57,626 bases of DNA from Hydrurus foetidus (GCA_900617105.1 UYFQ01000453.1:1-57626); one strand, 5' to 3'. Shown: positions 28,251 to 42,346, numbered from the stretch's first letter. Notes: generated by a model from the sequence alone, not told the origin. Numbers and translations are program-made.

Positions 28251-28281
<31 letters not shown>

Positions 28282-31200
28282 GGATGAAGACAAGAATGAT
28301 AATGAGTGTAATAGTGATGATGGCAATGGTAATTACGATAATAGTGTCAATAAAGTAGACTATTAAATTCTTGATATTATTGAAGATGCTGTCTTGAATA
28401 GTTCAGTGTTGTCGTTTATGCTAATCTCTGAAGCCCACATCATTGAACTTGCTTGAAAGTCTGAATGCGCAAACATAGAGGCGCACACAAAGACGGAAAT
28501 TCCTTCGAAATCGTAAAAATGTGATACACTTACGTACATATACGAATTGTGACACCTTCCGTACATGTACAAAATGTAACACACTTCCGTGGGTGTACAA
28601 AATGTGAACGAATCGTATAAACATGCTCGTGCTAATTAGATCTCACATACAATCGGATATTCGCAGACTTGAAAATCATTTCATTGAAACACTAATTTGC
28701 ATAAAAGAATTCACATCTTCGCGAATGCATTCTGTTTTCAATTTATCTACACGTTCTCAATTTTCGTTTTTTTCTCACCTAATTTCAGCGGAAGGATTTA
28801 CAAAAGAAGAAATAACCGCAGCCGGGCTTACCGTAGACCCCTCGGCTTACACGGGAATATACGGCCAAGAAAGACAGACAGGCAACACACGCGATGCTTG
28901 GCGAAGTTTGCCATATGATAGATTCAGAGGCAGAATAATGGTGCCGATAAAAAACGAAAATGGCGTGATAATCGGTTTTGGTGGGAGAGTATTAGATGAT
29001 GAAAACGAAAATAACGATTTTGATTTCGAGGCAGAACTTGAACCTGACTTCCAGAATTCTCCTGAGAATGTTCTGTTAAATGCTCAGCCGAGTTATTTAC
29101 GAAAAACACCGTTTCGTGTCACACGTACTTTGGTTCACAAACCGGAAAACGGTATAAAGCCCGTAAAATACCTAAATTCGCCCGAATCCGTAGTTTTTAA
29201 AAAGGGATCCGTTTTGTTTGGATTGGATTTGGCGAAGAAAAAAATAGCCAGGTATTTATTTACGACTTGTTGAAAACATTTAATTCATTTATTCTCCTCT
29301 GTTCGAACTTTTGCTTCTTTGTTACCTTCCTTTTTTTGAGAGTTAAAAAAAACATTCCGATTATTTTGCTTTACGGTGGCTATTTTGCATTGCAGTCAGA
29401 TAATTTTCAACACATCAAGATTGCACATCAACATTATAAAACAATCTCCGTTTCTCTACCCCGCAGGGACAAAGAGGTAGTGATTGTCGAGGGCTATTTT
29501 GATGTGATCGCCCTGCACGACATAGGAAGTACGTACGATCAAAAAATTGCCATTATTCTTTTTATATATTATTATTGTTGATATGTTTTTATTACAGTGC
29601 TCTTTTTAAAGCTCTTTTTTTGCTGTTAAATTTTAGAGCCACAATGTACACCGTTTTTTTATTGACGAGTTGTGTGTCAACTCGTCTATTTATCTTCTTA
29701 TGAATCGATATATAAACACCCATTTTAATACTAATCTATCCATCAATTAATTTATGTTTTTCCCTCTCTATTTATTAGTCTATTTAACTATCTATCTCTC
29801 TGTTTCTCTATACCTCTCTCCTCTCTCCCATCTATCTATCCTTCACAAACTCATTCTCAAACATGCGCAATTCTTCTTTCAGTGGAGAATGTGATAGGCA
29901 GTCTTGGAACTGCTATATCCAAACTTCAACTCGACCTAGCCGCCAAGTGGCTCGCAGGAAACGCACCTGACGCCACTTCAACATCAACTTCAACTTCAAG
30001 TACGTCATCTTATTCTTACAATTGTATTTTCTTTTCTTTTTCCAATTGGTGATGTCGCAGTGGTGTGTGTGTGTGTTATTTTTTGTATGCTGTATATTTT
30101 CATCACTGATTAGTATGATATGAATGATTACCTTCTTTGTTTTGGTAAGACCGTATTATTTTTTCAGAGTGTAACATCCTAATCCTTCTCGTCACCCTAC
30201 TTTGAACCAATCCAATTACATCTTTTATTACAATGCATCATGAATTAAATGCATTCATTCTATTTCCCTTTTTCTTTATATGTACTTTGCAATTTGATGC
30301 ACTTTCAGATTTTGCGTTGGGAAAGGGAGTGGGTAAAGTTGTATTGATGCTTGACGACGATAAAGCTGGGTTGGCTGCCATAACAAGAATATGCACCAAG
30401 GTACATTATGAGAGTAGCGACATGCTCGCTTTCGTATGTACGTATGTTGTATATTTCGTACGTGCAGAAAGAGCGCGTAATGCTCTTTGATGTTATTTTA
30501 TTATTTGACATTCCTCATTGATGTATATGTGCGTGTATAATTGTTTGGCTAATGTAAATTCATAGGTCACATCATGAATTATACATTTATGTGATAAATA
30601 TGTTCTAATGTATCAATGAGGTGAATGGTGTCACCAGAAAATATTGTTTGTTGATCGTAAATGATACACGTCTTCACAGAAGAAAGAAATACATTATAAA
30701 ATAACGCAGCATGAAGCATGATTAATAGTACAAGAACATAATTAGACAGCAACATCCAATAAATTGATGCACATATTCCTAACAAAAAAACAATAATAAT
30801 GATATTCTTACTGACAGCAATAATGATGACAATATCGATAGTAACAATAATGATAACAATAATAATAATAATGATTATAACACTAATAATGATAATAATC
30901 ATTAAAAAAAATGCCAGCAACAACAATTATGATCGCAATAATTATAACAACAACAACAAAAATGATAATGACAACAACGAGAATAACAATAGTAATAATA
31001 ACTATACTAACCGCAACAAAATAATAGGTGATTCCCTCTGGACTTGAGTCTCATGCGGATATCAGAATTGCATCTTTCCGAAGAGCCTCCGAATTCGCTG
31101 GGAACAACTACGGTGAGTACGTGCGTACGTGTGTGCGTAAGTGAGTACATAAATACATACATTTATATATATAAGCCCGTTCGCTGAAAAAAAAATTGCT

Positions 31201-31347
31201 AGAAATTTGATCCGATTTCAGTGATTTGGGGTGAAATGGCTAGCTTCAGAAAATCTACTTTTCGGCAATTTCTGAAATCCAGCGAATTTGACCGGCGCTA
31301 GCGGCCCACTAGAAATTTGGCGGGGACCCGGAAAATCATCGAATGGG

Positions 31348-31402
<55 letters not shown>

Positions 31403-34400
31403 AGGGAGAAAGTGTGCATTGCGCATGGGATGTATGTTCAGTAGTGGCAGTGTGTCTGCGAATGGGTTCGCTCTATAGCTTGTAATAGCTGTGTTCGTAC
31501 GCGCCTTAATAGTGTTCGTGCGTATGTCTGTGTGTTTCGATGGTGATGGTTCTGAACAGATGCTGCACATCTACACTCCCATACTCCCACATATTCTCTC
31601 TCTTTGATTTATTTTTAATCACGTTTAGATAGAGCAAACAAAAACTTACCATTAAATCCATAGCTTGAAAGGAATATCTTGAATTTAAAACGATTTCAAA
31701 CAATTATTATAAACACTGTTATTGTTCAATATTAGGAGTAAAATCAAAGGATGGAAACGGGTTTAAAGACCCCTCTGAATTGTGCACCGCATTGAACAAC
31801 AGAGAGAAAAGTAGAAAGGCGGTGAGGGCTGCAGTGGATAAAGCTGTGGGGTGGCAACAGTGGATGGTGGACAGGTGAGAAGAGAGAGGTTAAGTGAGGG
31901 ATGAAGATGAGAGGAAGGTGAAGGGAGAGATAGATAGGGTGAGGAGGAAATAGGGGGGAAGGGAGAGATAGGGAGAAAGATAGAGAGGGGGGAGGACTGT
32001 GAATGAGGAACAGAAAAAGGATAGAAGAGAATGGGATGATGGCGCATTCTGTTTCACCAACAAGGCGTTTTATAAAGAACGATCCCGTGCGATGATAACC
32101 GTGTCGAATATTGAAATGTATTTTGTCTGTTATTTTTGTCTCTAATTATTAGTTCCAACGTCATGCATTTTAACAGTGACGTACTTCACTTTATATCCGT
32201 ACTTACGCAGGCTGATATTAAGTACGTGCGGGTGCCTAGACTATGAAGAAATATTAATTGAAAACAACGATGATGAGGATGAAGAAGAAGAAGATGACGA
32301 TGATGATGATGATGATAATTACGATAATCCAAATTCAGATAAATACAAGGCACAAGAACTAAAAAAATTACAACGAAAAGAAAGAGAAGAATTAAAAGAA
32401 ATATTGAAGGAATTACCATCTAATGTACCCATTCTAAAAATGGCCGTCATGGTAAAAAAATTACATCTTGATCCCGGTTCGTTCAGTTCTTTAACAGACT
32501 CGATAAAAAAGTTTTTGAAATCTTTACCTGATCCTATGGAACGAACAATTTTAAGTTGTTACGTTGCTGAAAGGTATGATACGGAGAGAAGATGTGTTGT
32601 GTTGTGTACGACAGATTTGATCTGACGTTCAGTATACTGCATCATATTGTGTACTCTGTTTTGTACTCCAATATAACCACATATTCACTCACTCACCAAT
32701 CTCCCCTTCTCCCTCCCACACACACACACACACACACACACTGCCATTGCCCCCTTTTTTCGACCAACGTGCTGACTCTCCGTCTTATCAATCCACCTTT
32801 CCCTCCCAGCCCCTTCACACCTCCCTGTCCCTGCCTGTACCTTTATTTCTACCTGACCCACATCTGATCTATTCACTCCCATTCATTCATTCGATTCATT
32901 CCGTTTAATCAAACCCTCCTTTGTTTGCTTAATTACCCCCTCCTTACCTCACTTGCAACGATTTCAATTACCCATTTACCCCAGGCTTTCTGGAGGTCGG
33001 GACGGACTTAGGACCCAACTTGAAGCGGACATTCTATCCAGCGTTTCTGGAGCAGCGACAGAACCGTACAGCGCACCGACAGAATTTTTCGTACGTGACA
33101 GTTGGAGTACAGAAAATAGTCCGAGTACGAAAATAAGAACGGAGAGAAAATACGAGAAGAACAATGGTCGAAACAGTGAGTGGTCTGATAGTGAAGGTGA
33201 GGTAGATAGTAGAGGAGAGAGGGAGAGTGTAGGGATGAGTGATGTGACGTATGGTGAAGATGGAACACTCAAACTCTCGTCTCTCTCTTCCTCCACCTCT
33301 ACCTCTTCATCTTCTGCATCAAATAGTGATAGATCTGTGTGGCATCCCAAAAATGCAGATACTAATACCAATTCTAACCGTAAAAATTATTTGGCTAGCA
33401 ATTCTGACGGTGATACGGATATTAAAAATGACAGTCCAAGTAACAAAAAGGAACAGAGTAGTAAAAGTAACCGCGATGATATCGACGGTAGACATGAAGA
33501 TGGTAAGAAAGCTAATCAAAATAATGGTGTAAGTTATGTCGCAGAGAAGGAATTCACAAATCAAATAATAGATGCTACATCAAAAGAAAAAGAAATTATT
33601 ATCAACATACATGAAATACTAGAGTCTGAAAAAACGAGGAGAACAGAAAAAAAATATTTTAAAAAAGAAAATCCATCGGCTTACTGGGAATTCAATTCTG
33701 AAATTAATGATTTGAATTATATAGAAAATAATGGTGTTAGTACTGCGGGTAACAGAAATACTTTTGGTGGTGATATCCGCAGTAAACAAGAAATATTATC
33801 AAACTCAAAAAATAGATTCGATGATAGAAATGAAATCGGTGCGATAAATTCCAGAATTGGATCCACGGTACCTCCCTCCCTCTCCACTAGTAGCCTTCGA
33901 AGAGTTAGTGCGTGTGAATCCTTCTTTCTCTCCGTTTATTTTTATTTTCCTTCGTTACGAAGATTTCTACTTCATTCTAAAAAAGATGATAGTCTGGAAA
34001 TGAAGAAAAAAAAAATTAAGAAATCAAATGAAATTACGGAAATTTCTGGCACCAATTTTATTTTTTACGGAAAAGGTCATCAAGAAATTTGGAAAATATT
34101 CGAAAAAATGGAAATGGAAATAAAATTAGAACACAAAACAAACGAAAAAATTATTTCTACCGTAAATTTTGATTGCAACAACTTTATGGATGAAATTGAA
34201 AATTTAATTTTAAATCCAACTACTTCTTTTTCTACATCTGAAATATATAAAAAGAAAGAAAAAAGTAGTGAAATAAAGTCAAAATTAGATAATGATATCA
34301 GTAATTTAGATTATACTTATTTGATCTCCATCGCGAAAACGATATTAAAAGGTGAAAAAGTAATTGGAAAAAGTCAATCATCCATCGAGTTCGCGATAGA

Positions 34401-35764
34401 AGATGGAAAAAGAATATCGGCAGAATATGCAGCCAGAAAAGAACAAAGTGATCTGCTTTCTCAATTCCGTACTGAAGAAACACCACCCAAAAATACGGAA
34501 ATGATTCCGGATTTTGGTGATTTAAAAATAAATGGTGATTACGGTAAGACAAAATTTCTCACTGAAGCGGAATTTGAAATTCTAAACGGTGATTTCGAAA
34601 GTGTACAAGATCCAACTACGGATGATGATTTTACGGATTTGAGTGTAGATCAAACAAATCACTTACAAACTGATCAGCCAAATTATCATGAGGGTAACAT
34701 TAATATTGAAAATGGAATCGAGAAAAAAGAAAAAATAGTCGAATCGAACACTGAAGAAAAAACGAAAATTACCGAAATGCGAGTAGGAAATGATGAAAAT
34801 TACATTAGAAAATTAGATATGATCGAAAAACGAACTTCTTTCTTGTCCGAACAAAGGCACACGCACGCCACTTCAAATTGGGAAGACTACGAAAGAAAAA
34901 TGAAAAATGCAAGAATACACGGAAAGTCAGCCGAATTCGTAGATGGTAATGACGATGGTGATGGTATGACAATGGAAAATATTCAAATGCTATACTACTT
35001 ACAAACTGATGAAAATGAAAATGAAAATATTCAGAATAATGGTCATGATAATAACTTAGGTGGTACTCAAAAAGGTATAAAAAAAGAAAAAAACTCAAAT
35101 GCAAAGTCTAAAGATAGCAGATTTGAATTTACCATTGGCGAAGATGAAAAAGATTGCGTAATTGCAGAAGGGGAATTTGTTGACGAATATGAGAGGGCGC
35201 AATTTGTTGAAAATGAAGCGAGGAAAAAATCAGGAAAATATAGGTGTGTAATATTATCGTACCATTGGATGTTTGCAGTTTCACTTTAAGGTTTAATGTA
35301 TATTTTATCACAGCAATTATTGTATTTTTAATACTCGCTGCCACATGCACCTTTTTGCTGATTCACATCACTTCCTCTTATACCTAATTGCTTCATTTCA
35401 TGGAATCTTATTTCATTTTCATATTATTCTGTTTTATTTTATTTTTACGATTAGTTGTATTTTCATCTAATACCTTATTTTTATTTTTTCTAGCGGAGTG
35501 AAAGGTGTGACTTTCGGTCTAGACGATATTTATGACGACAATGCTGAAGGAACGTACTCATCTGGAAGTACGTACGGACAAGGCAGTAATAGCGGTAATC
35601 AAAACTCATCTAAAAAATACGGAAAAAAGAAAACTGAAGATGATGGAGTTAAGAATGTTGCTGTTCAACTTCCCATTGAAACGCCTAAGAGAAAGCCGAT
35701 AAATTTATTGGGGGGATGGGTTGATCAAGGTGCACAACGAATAGTGTGGGATGAAGAAGACTAG
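26990..35764 (+). CDS. dnaG: Bacterial-type DnaG primase, plastid-targeted, about 12 exons, long low-complexity C-terminus
   Basis: CHC2 zinc finger CPFHDDKNPS...FYCFSCATGGD; core YDRFRGRIMVPI...IGFGGR and KYLNSPES; TOPRIM IVEGYFDVIAL, SLGTA, LDDDKAG, KDPSE. N-terminus MRSQAIALWTLAVLEMIWQTSS-FR fits signal peptide plus F-initiated transit peptide. Confidence 0.93.
31174..31349. mobile_element. MITE-like element inside a (TA)n tract in a primase intron
   Basis: 14-bp TIRs agcccgttcgctga / agcccattcgatga (12/14 identical). (TA)n on both flanks. Interior more GC-rich than the intron. Confidence 0.65.
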
Positions 35765-36357
35765 ATTCATCTCAGATTAGATTAATTGAATTGAACTTAA
35801 TCAAATTGTATTTTACTGTTTAGAGTTGAATTATATTGTATCAAGTTAGACTGTATTACATGAAATAAAGTTTGTTGATTTTTTCATATTAGATAATTGT
35901 AAGGGTTCCTATAGTGTTTCAATATTGTATCACATTGTACGCGAAGTAGAAGAGTTTTTATCTTATCAATCATATAACAATTTCCTCGAGAATTTGTATT
36001 CGCATAATTTGTAAGCATAGAAGGGAAGGTCAATTCCATAACAGCAACGAATTTTTGCCGTTTCTTGCAAAGCATTTGGAATCGAAAAATTCAGTAGAGG
36101 ATATGCTATGTCAAATTATGCTACAGATCCATGTGAGCATTTAAACATTGGTGATGGTATGAAATTGTATTAAACTTTCCTTCGATCATCAGGCAAGTAT
36201 TCCTTTCCGCTGACACAGCGCAAGATAAACGAGAAGTTGTTATCAGAAGTTCATGCAAAAAACGACAGATAATCTGTAAAAATAGTCGAACATTCAGTGA
36301 GAACGGACAGACGGACGGATGACTTCTTCTGAATTTTACATAGCGACCCAATTAATA

Positions 36358-36554
36358 GTGTACTGAATTAATAGTCTGATGTACTGAATTAATAATTTGA
36401 TGTACTGAATTCTCTCTAACTCTAGCCCTAACCCTAACCCTGACTCTGACTTTAGCCCTCACACGAACCCTAATCCTAATCTTCAGTATTGAATTCAGTA
36501 CATCAAACTATCAATTCAGTACACGAATCTCTCAATTCAGTACTGTACACGGTA
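36358..36554. mobile_element. Foldback-like element with inverted tandem arms around telomere-like hexamers
   Basis: Three left ~21-bp units containing tgtactgaatt, three right units containing aattcagtac, central ccctaaccctaaccctgactctgac...ccctaatcctaat. Confidence 0.55.
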
Positions 36555-36756
36555 AATTATTTCCGATTTTACATTTTACACGGCTCAAAGCTCAACTTGC
36601 ACATGATCAAAATTCGTCACCAACACAGCTCAAGCTGCAAAAGTCTCCATCCATCTCACAGCGATATTCAATATTTCGTGGGCTAACTATCATTCGCTTC
36701 TGGTGCTTGAAACTGAATCAAAACAACCTGCAATTTTCTCGAGGAACTATTGAAAG

Positions 36757-39700
36757 ATGATTTACGCAATCCAATTTTTAGTTGTTGTCTTGGTTATCTT
36801 GACGACGTCGTCAAATGCATTCCAAATGCCTTCATCAAGGGGCGGTATGCTCATGAGACCCCTAAGAATGGCACTGGAGAGTAAATCAAATCCTACTCAC
36901 CTACGTGTTGGCATCTTTGGAGGTTTGATTGCGCGTATAATGTGGTAGATTGTAGAGTATGGGTAATCTCCTCATGATCGTAGTTGCAAAGAGTTCCGTT
37001 AAACAAGTATTCTTCGCCACAATTGCAGGTGGAATTGTTGGTGGTGGTGTATATGAGCTGGTGCAGAAGTGCATCGAATCGGGCCGGTTAGGATCTGTCG
37101 GAGCAAGCATTGAAGTTGCAAAAATATGCGTTAGATCAGTAGATAAACCAAGAGATTTCAAACTCAAGGAAGGCACCGTGCTAGTGACAGACTATGATGA
37201 AATCCTAGCGGACGAGAGCATCAACTGCGTTGTCGAGTTGATGGGAGGCGTCACGAGGTAATTCGTATCGAACAATCCTTAGGAAGAATCAGCGGCGTAT
37301 TTTCTTAACAATTGTCAGCCAGAACATCGATGTAGAACATTAAAGAGATTGCTGCAAAGAAAATCTACCAGTGAATGCACCAATTTAATGACACGGAAAT
37401 CCATTCGACAAATGTAGATAGCATCATTCCTTATCCCCGCTTCTCAAATAGTAGATGGCATCCAATAAATGGAAAGTTTTCCTCCTAACGCACAGAAGAA
37501 AAACACTGTTCTGATTATTAGCGACAGAACAAGATGGTGTATTCCTTTACTACTTCAAACTACACAGCTATTTCCTTCCAAAAATATTTGTGTTTCTTAC
37601 TTTGTGTGTGTATATATGTAACATATATATGTACACATGTCTGTCTCTGTCTGTTTGTGTGTGACTGTGAATGTGCCCTAGTATACCTATCTCTCTATCC
37701 ACCTTCGAGCCTATTTATTGTTCATCGTCCTTTGCTTTACACTAATATCGGTATAGCCTACTCTGTCAAGTCTCCTGTCTGTTAGTCTGTCTTTTCTGTT
37801 GTCAGTCTGTCTCTTATAGTGTCAGTCTCTCTGTCTGTCTATCTGTGCAGTGCGAAAGATGTCGTGTTCCGCGCAATCGCAGCCGGGAAACACGTAGTTA
37901 CGGCCAACAAAGCACTTATCGCCGCATTCTTACCGGAGCTACAGGCACTTCTTGCGGCCAACCCGACTGTCAGGTATAGTGAGAAGAAAATGAGATGCAT
38001 TGAATTGATCTGATAAATCGTTATGACTGATCAAATGACTTCATTGAGTCGAATCATGTTAATCTGTTCAATAGCGCTCTACTGAAAGTGGAGCCATTTA
38101 TTCTCATCATTTCATTTGATTTCAATTTTTATCCAATCTCTTGATAACTTTCCACCCTCTGAGTTTGCATTTCATGCAACTCTAGTGATCATCGCATCAA
38201 GTGACGTTACAGCTGTGTGGCGAAATCATGCAAATCCGATCTAACTTATCTTAATGATTTATCTTAAGTTATTCTGATCATTTAAATAAAGAATTACTTC
38301 ACACATGTACGCTTTTTATTTTTCTGATTATTACACCTACATGTACTCTCATACACAATTCAACATTACCGCAAACTAATTATTTCCCATGGAACTAATT
38401 TTATTTCACGTTACTTTTTATCCCTCTTCATTAAATAGTTTCAATTATGAAGCGGCTGTGTGTGGGGGCATTCCCATCATTCATTCTCTGCACTCAGATT
38501 TCCTCGCTGACAGAATCACGAAAATTAGAGGGATCATGAACGGCACGGTGAGTTGAAGTGTTACACTTTATTCAGCAAAAAAAAGGAAATCGCATCAATT
38601 TGAATGTAATCCCTACCTTGACCCTATGTGTCCGCTTTTTAGTATTGCACGTACTCAGCATAATTATGATTACACAGTGATTTCGTATGCCTTGACTTGT
38701 ACTGTTTCATTTCATCACTTTATCTTTTTACGTGTAATACTTTCTGTGGTGTCGCACTGTGTTGTGTTGCACTGTGTTGAATTTGTTATTACCCTCATTT
38801 CTTTAAAAAATTATGTAGAAAACTTTCCTTCTAAAATGATCCCTACCTCTCCCCATCTCACACCCCCTTCCCTCCTCTCTCTCCTACCATCTAATCTCAC
38901 ATCCCCTCCTCTCTCTCCTACCATCTAATCTCACATCCCCTCCCCTCTTCTCTCTCCTACCATCTAATCTCACATCCCCTCCCCTCTTCTCTCTCCTACC
39001 ATCTAATCTCACATCCCCTCCTCTCTCTCCTACCATCTAATCTCACATCCCCTTCCCTCTTCTCTCTCCTACCATCTCGTCATTGTCAGACCAACTATAT
39101 GCTCTGCAAGATGGAGGACGAAGGTGCCGACTACTGTGACGCATTGAAAGGTACGTACGTACGTGCGGTGTATATTCATGTCCACAACACAACACGACTA
39201 TTCGTGCAGTAGCATTTATTGTTTATAATTACGATGATAAAGAGTTGTTTGATAATTTTTAGTTAGATATCATGAACTTTTTAAGTGGAGTGACAGTAGT
39301 GGACACGAGATAAAAACTCCTGCTAAATTCATTTTTATCATTTTCTTTTTCTTTTTTGGCAATCGAATATGGTAATGATCAATATAACACAGTACCTATT
39401 TACTACACCTAATGCACTGCAATACCTTCAATATTAGACGAAACGTATATCCAACATTACCCTATCCCTGTACAACCAACGCTGTCCTCATCCTTCCCTA
39501 TACTAGACATATCCCCCACAACCGATACATAGTCGCCATTTTCTCCTTCTATTCGTCGTAATCCTTACATACAACATTCTCCCTCTCTATATCCACCACC
39601 GCCGCCCCATCCCTATAACCGACATTACCATTCAGAGGCCCAAGCTCTCGGGTTCGCGGAGGCTGACCCTACTGCCGATGTCGAGGGACACGACGTGCAA

Positions 39701-42346
39701 GCCAAGATAGCTCTACTTGCCAAACTAGCTTTCGGGTGAGTAAGTGAATGGGGGGAAAGGGATCGAGTGTGAGAGAGAGAATAGGGAAGAAGAAAGAACG
39801 AAAGATAGGATAGGAAAATGAGGCATTGGAAAAAGATGTAATTCATGACACTAAGATCTGAAACGTGTGAACAACAAATTTTTTGAAAAGCTATAAGACA
39901 TCTCTCAATTTACTGAAAAAGTGTTACACTGCTTCTTTCACATCAATTAGTGGCATATACGATAAGTTATGTACTTCGTGTTTGTCCGCCATGTCTTACT
40001 CTAATATCTACTATTCACCGAAATTGCAGCAAAACCGTTCCTTGGGAAACCGTACCAACAGCCGGCATCTCCAAGGTGAAATCCGAAATCTTGTTTTGTC
40101 TTTTTTGGTGTGCAATAATATCTTCTTTATTAATCTTTACTATTACACATTGATAGTTATGACAAATAACTAATGCTAGACACTTCAAATTATTAGAAGT
40201 CACTACAATCCGATATTTGTTTAATTATAACATGTTAATACACAAAAATTTGAAATAATAAGAATTCACGATGATCTTATTAACAAATTAAATTATTGTT
40301 TGATTAATTAATTAACTAACTAATACTAATAGTAAAAGTTATGATTAATCGATTAAGATAAGAATAATTTTTTTTTTACTAATTAATTAATACCAATTTA
40401 GGTCGGAGCGGTGGATTTCGAATATGCTAAAATCCTTCGGAGTACTATCAAGCTAGTGGGAACAGCATCTCTTAACAAAGACGGATCTCTCGCAGTATTC
40501 GTGTCTCCTATGATGGTTCCTCTCGGCACCGCATTGTCTTCCGCTAAAGGACCGGGCAACATGTAAGCAGCACTATTTAGTACGACATTTATGCTATTTA
40601 TATTATTTTATTTTTAGTATTTTTGTATTATGTCATAGTCTGGCTGTATCATGCAAATGGCAGCAATTTATTTTTATTTTTGTTAGCAGTCATATTTTCG
40701 AAATTTCCCATCCCATGATATTACGGCATCTAATTATGTCATACACCAGCTAATGATAATCCATTCCAGCATCTAATAACACTTCTCCGTCCTATAACAA
40801 TAATCATCAAACACATTAAACAAATTAAACAAATTAAAAATAACATCAGGGTGGTGGTTAATTCTGAAAATTTATCGGAGACGACTTTTGCTGGTCCGGG
40901 TGCCGGCCGATTTCCTACGGCCAACTCCGTCATGAATGATTTGATCAGGTGTGGTGATAATGAGGAAGCATGAGTCGTTTTTAGTTCCTCATTTTCTTTC
41001 CCTTGTTTTATTTTATATGTGAATTGGTGACCCTGGAAATAAAATGAAAATAAGAATTTATCATGCAACGCAGTCTAGATTATCACTATAGAATATAGAA
41101 TATAGAATAAAAATGCATTTATTGATGTATCATATTTTATCAGTGCATGAGAAGATGACACATGTTTGCTATTTCATTGTGGTCCTAACGCCTTGAAGAT
41201 TGTACAACTATTGATGTGAGTGACATTATTTAGAAATAATTACAATTCAACATTTTTTTAACTCAGACTAAGCCAAGACAAGACCAGCCCAGCGTTCCCA
41301 CTATCATCCGAAATGTCACTGAACAACGATTACACTGCGAGATTCTACATGAGGATAACGTGTTCTGACGGTACGTACGTACGTGCTATGTGTACTTACG
41401 TGTGGGTAATGTGCTTCCTGGAATATTCTTCTTACTGTGAACTTGTGTTATTTTATTAACTGTTGATCAATTTTAATACTAGATTTTCAAAGCTCCTATT
41501 TGAATAAGATAATGATCAGGCTGAAGAATTGATTAATCAATTACGAACGCACTGATTACAACCTGAATTTAAAATGTTACTGTAATATAAAGTGACTCTA
41601 ACAGCCCTATATCCAACACCTTATAACCGTCATTTCAACATGAATTTCAACATGAATTCCAACATGAATTCCAACATGAATTTCAACATGAATTCCAATA
41701 TCAATTTAGGTCTGGGCATTATCGGCAAGGTTGGCTCGGCAGCCGAACAAACAGGAGTGTCCATACACGCCGTACTGCAGGCACGTACTATACCGTATAG
41801 AATAGAATAGTGGTGTGTATAGTGTAGCGTGGGCAGGGTGGAATGTGATGTAATGTGCGGTGTAGTAGAATGTAGTGTAGTGCAGTAATGTGTGGTGGAG
41901 TCGAGTGCTGTATTTCTTTGTGCGTGTGCTTTGTGTATGGGATGGGTGCGAGGGAGCGAAGGGGTGACGTGATGAACCTTGTTACTGAATCACTGCATTC
42001 CTCTGTGTCACTCTATCGTATTGTGTGACGATTGTTGTCCTGATCATTTCTATTACACTGTTCTGTGTCGTACTGTCCTGCACTGTATTGCTAGTGTGAG
42101 TTGCGAACATAAGACGATCACATTTTTATGTATTAATACGTAATTGCGCACACACACACGCACTTACACCTACACCTACACCTTCTCTTTGCTACTACAC
42201 AGAATCCCATTCTAAACAGTGACGTGGTTGACTTTGTGGTCACAACTGAAGACGTTACACTTTCCCAAGTGCAAGCATTTGCTGACAAAGTTGCCGCCAT
42301 GCCCTTCTCACAGAACAAACCTTTATTCATGCCCATTCTTATCTAA
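36757..42346 (+). CDS. hom: Monofunctional homoserine dehydrogenase with ACT domain, plastid-targeted, 12 exons
   Basis: RVGIFGGGIVGGGV, VVELMGG, GKHVVTANKA, YEAAVCGGIPII, GIMNGTTNY, AQALGFAEADPTADVEGHDVQAK, GPGAGRFPTANSVMND, ACT domain. Signal MIYAIQFLVVVLVILTTSSNA-FQ is an ASAFAP-type junction. Confidence 0.96.
38853..39077 (+). repeat. Pyrimidine-rich minisatellite, ~36-41-bp unit, 5-6 copies, in an HSD intron
   Basis: Repeated ccatctaatctcacatcccct...ctctctccta ending just before the acceptor at about 39089. Confidence 0.93.
41634..41700 (+). repeat. 12-bp tandem repeat, about 5 copies, in an HSD intron
   Basis: (tt[t/c]caacatgaa)n directly visible. Confidence 0.92.

Noticed and set aside
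30790..31025. Poly-I/N ORFs
   Set aside because: Translations of an intronic (AAT/AAC)n tract.
36959..37028. In-frame ATG in HSD intron 1 as an alternative start
   Set aside because: Would lose the first Rossmann strand (RVGIFG) encoded in exon 1.
38853..39077. Repeat array as CRISPR
   Set aside because: Head-to-tail units with no unique spacers, in a eukaryotic intron, no cas genes.
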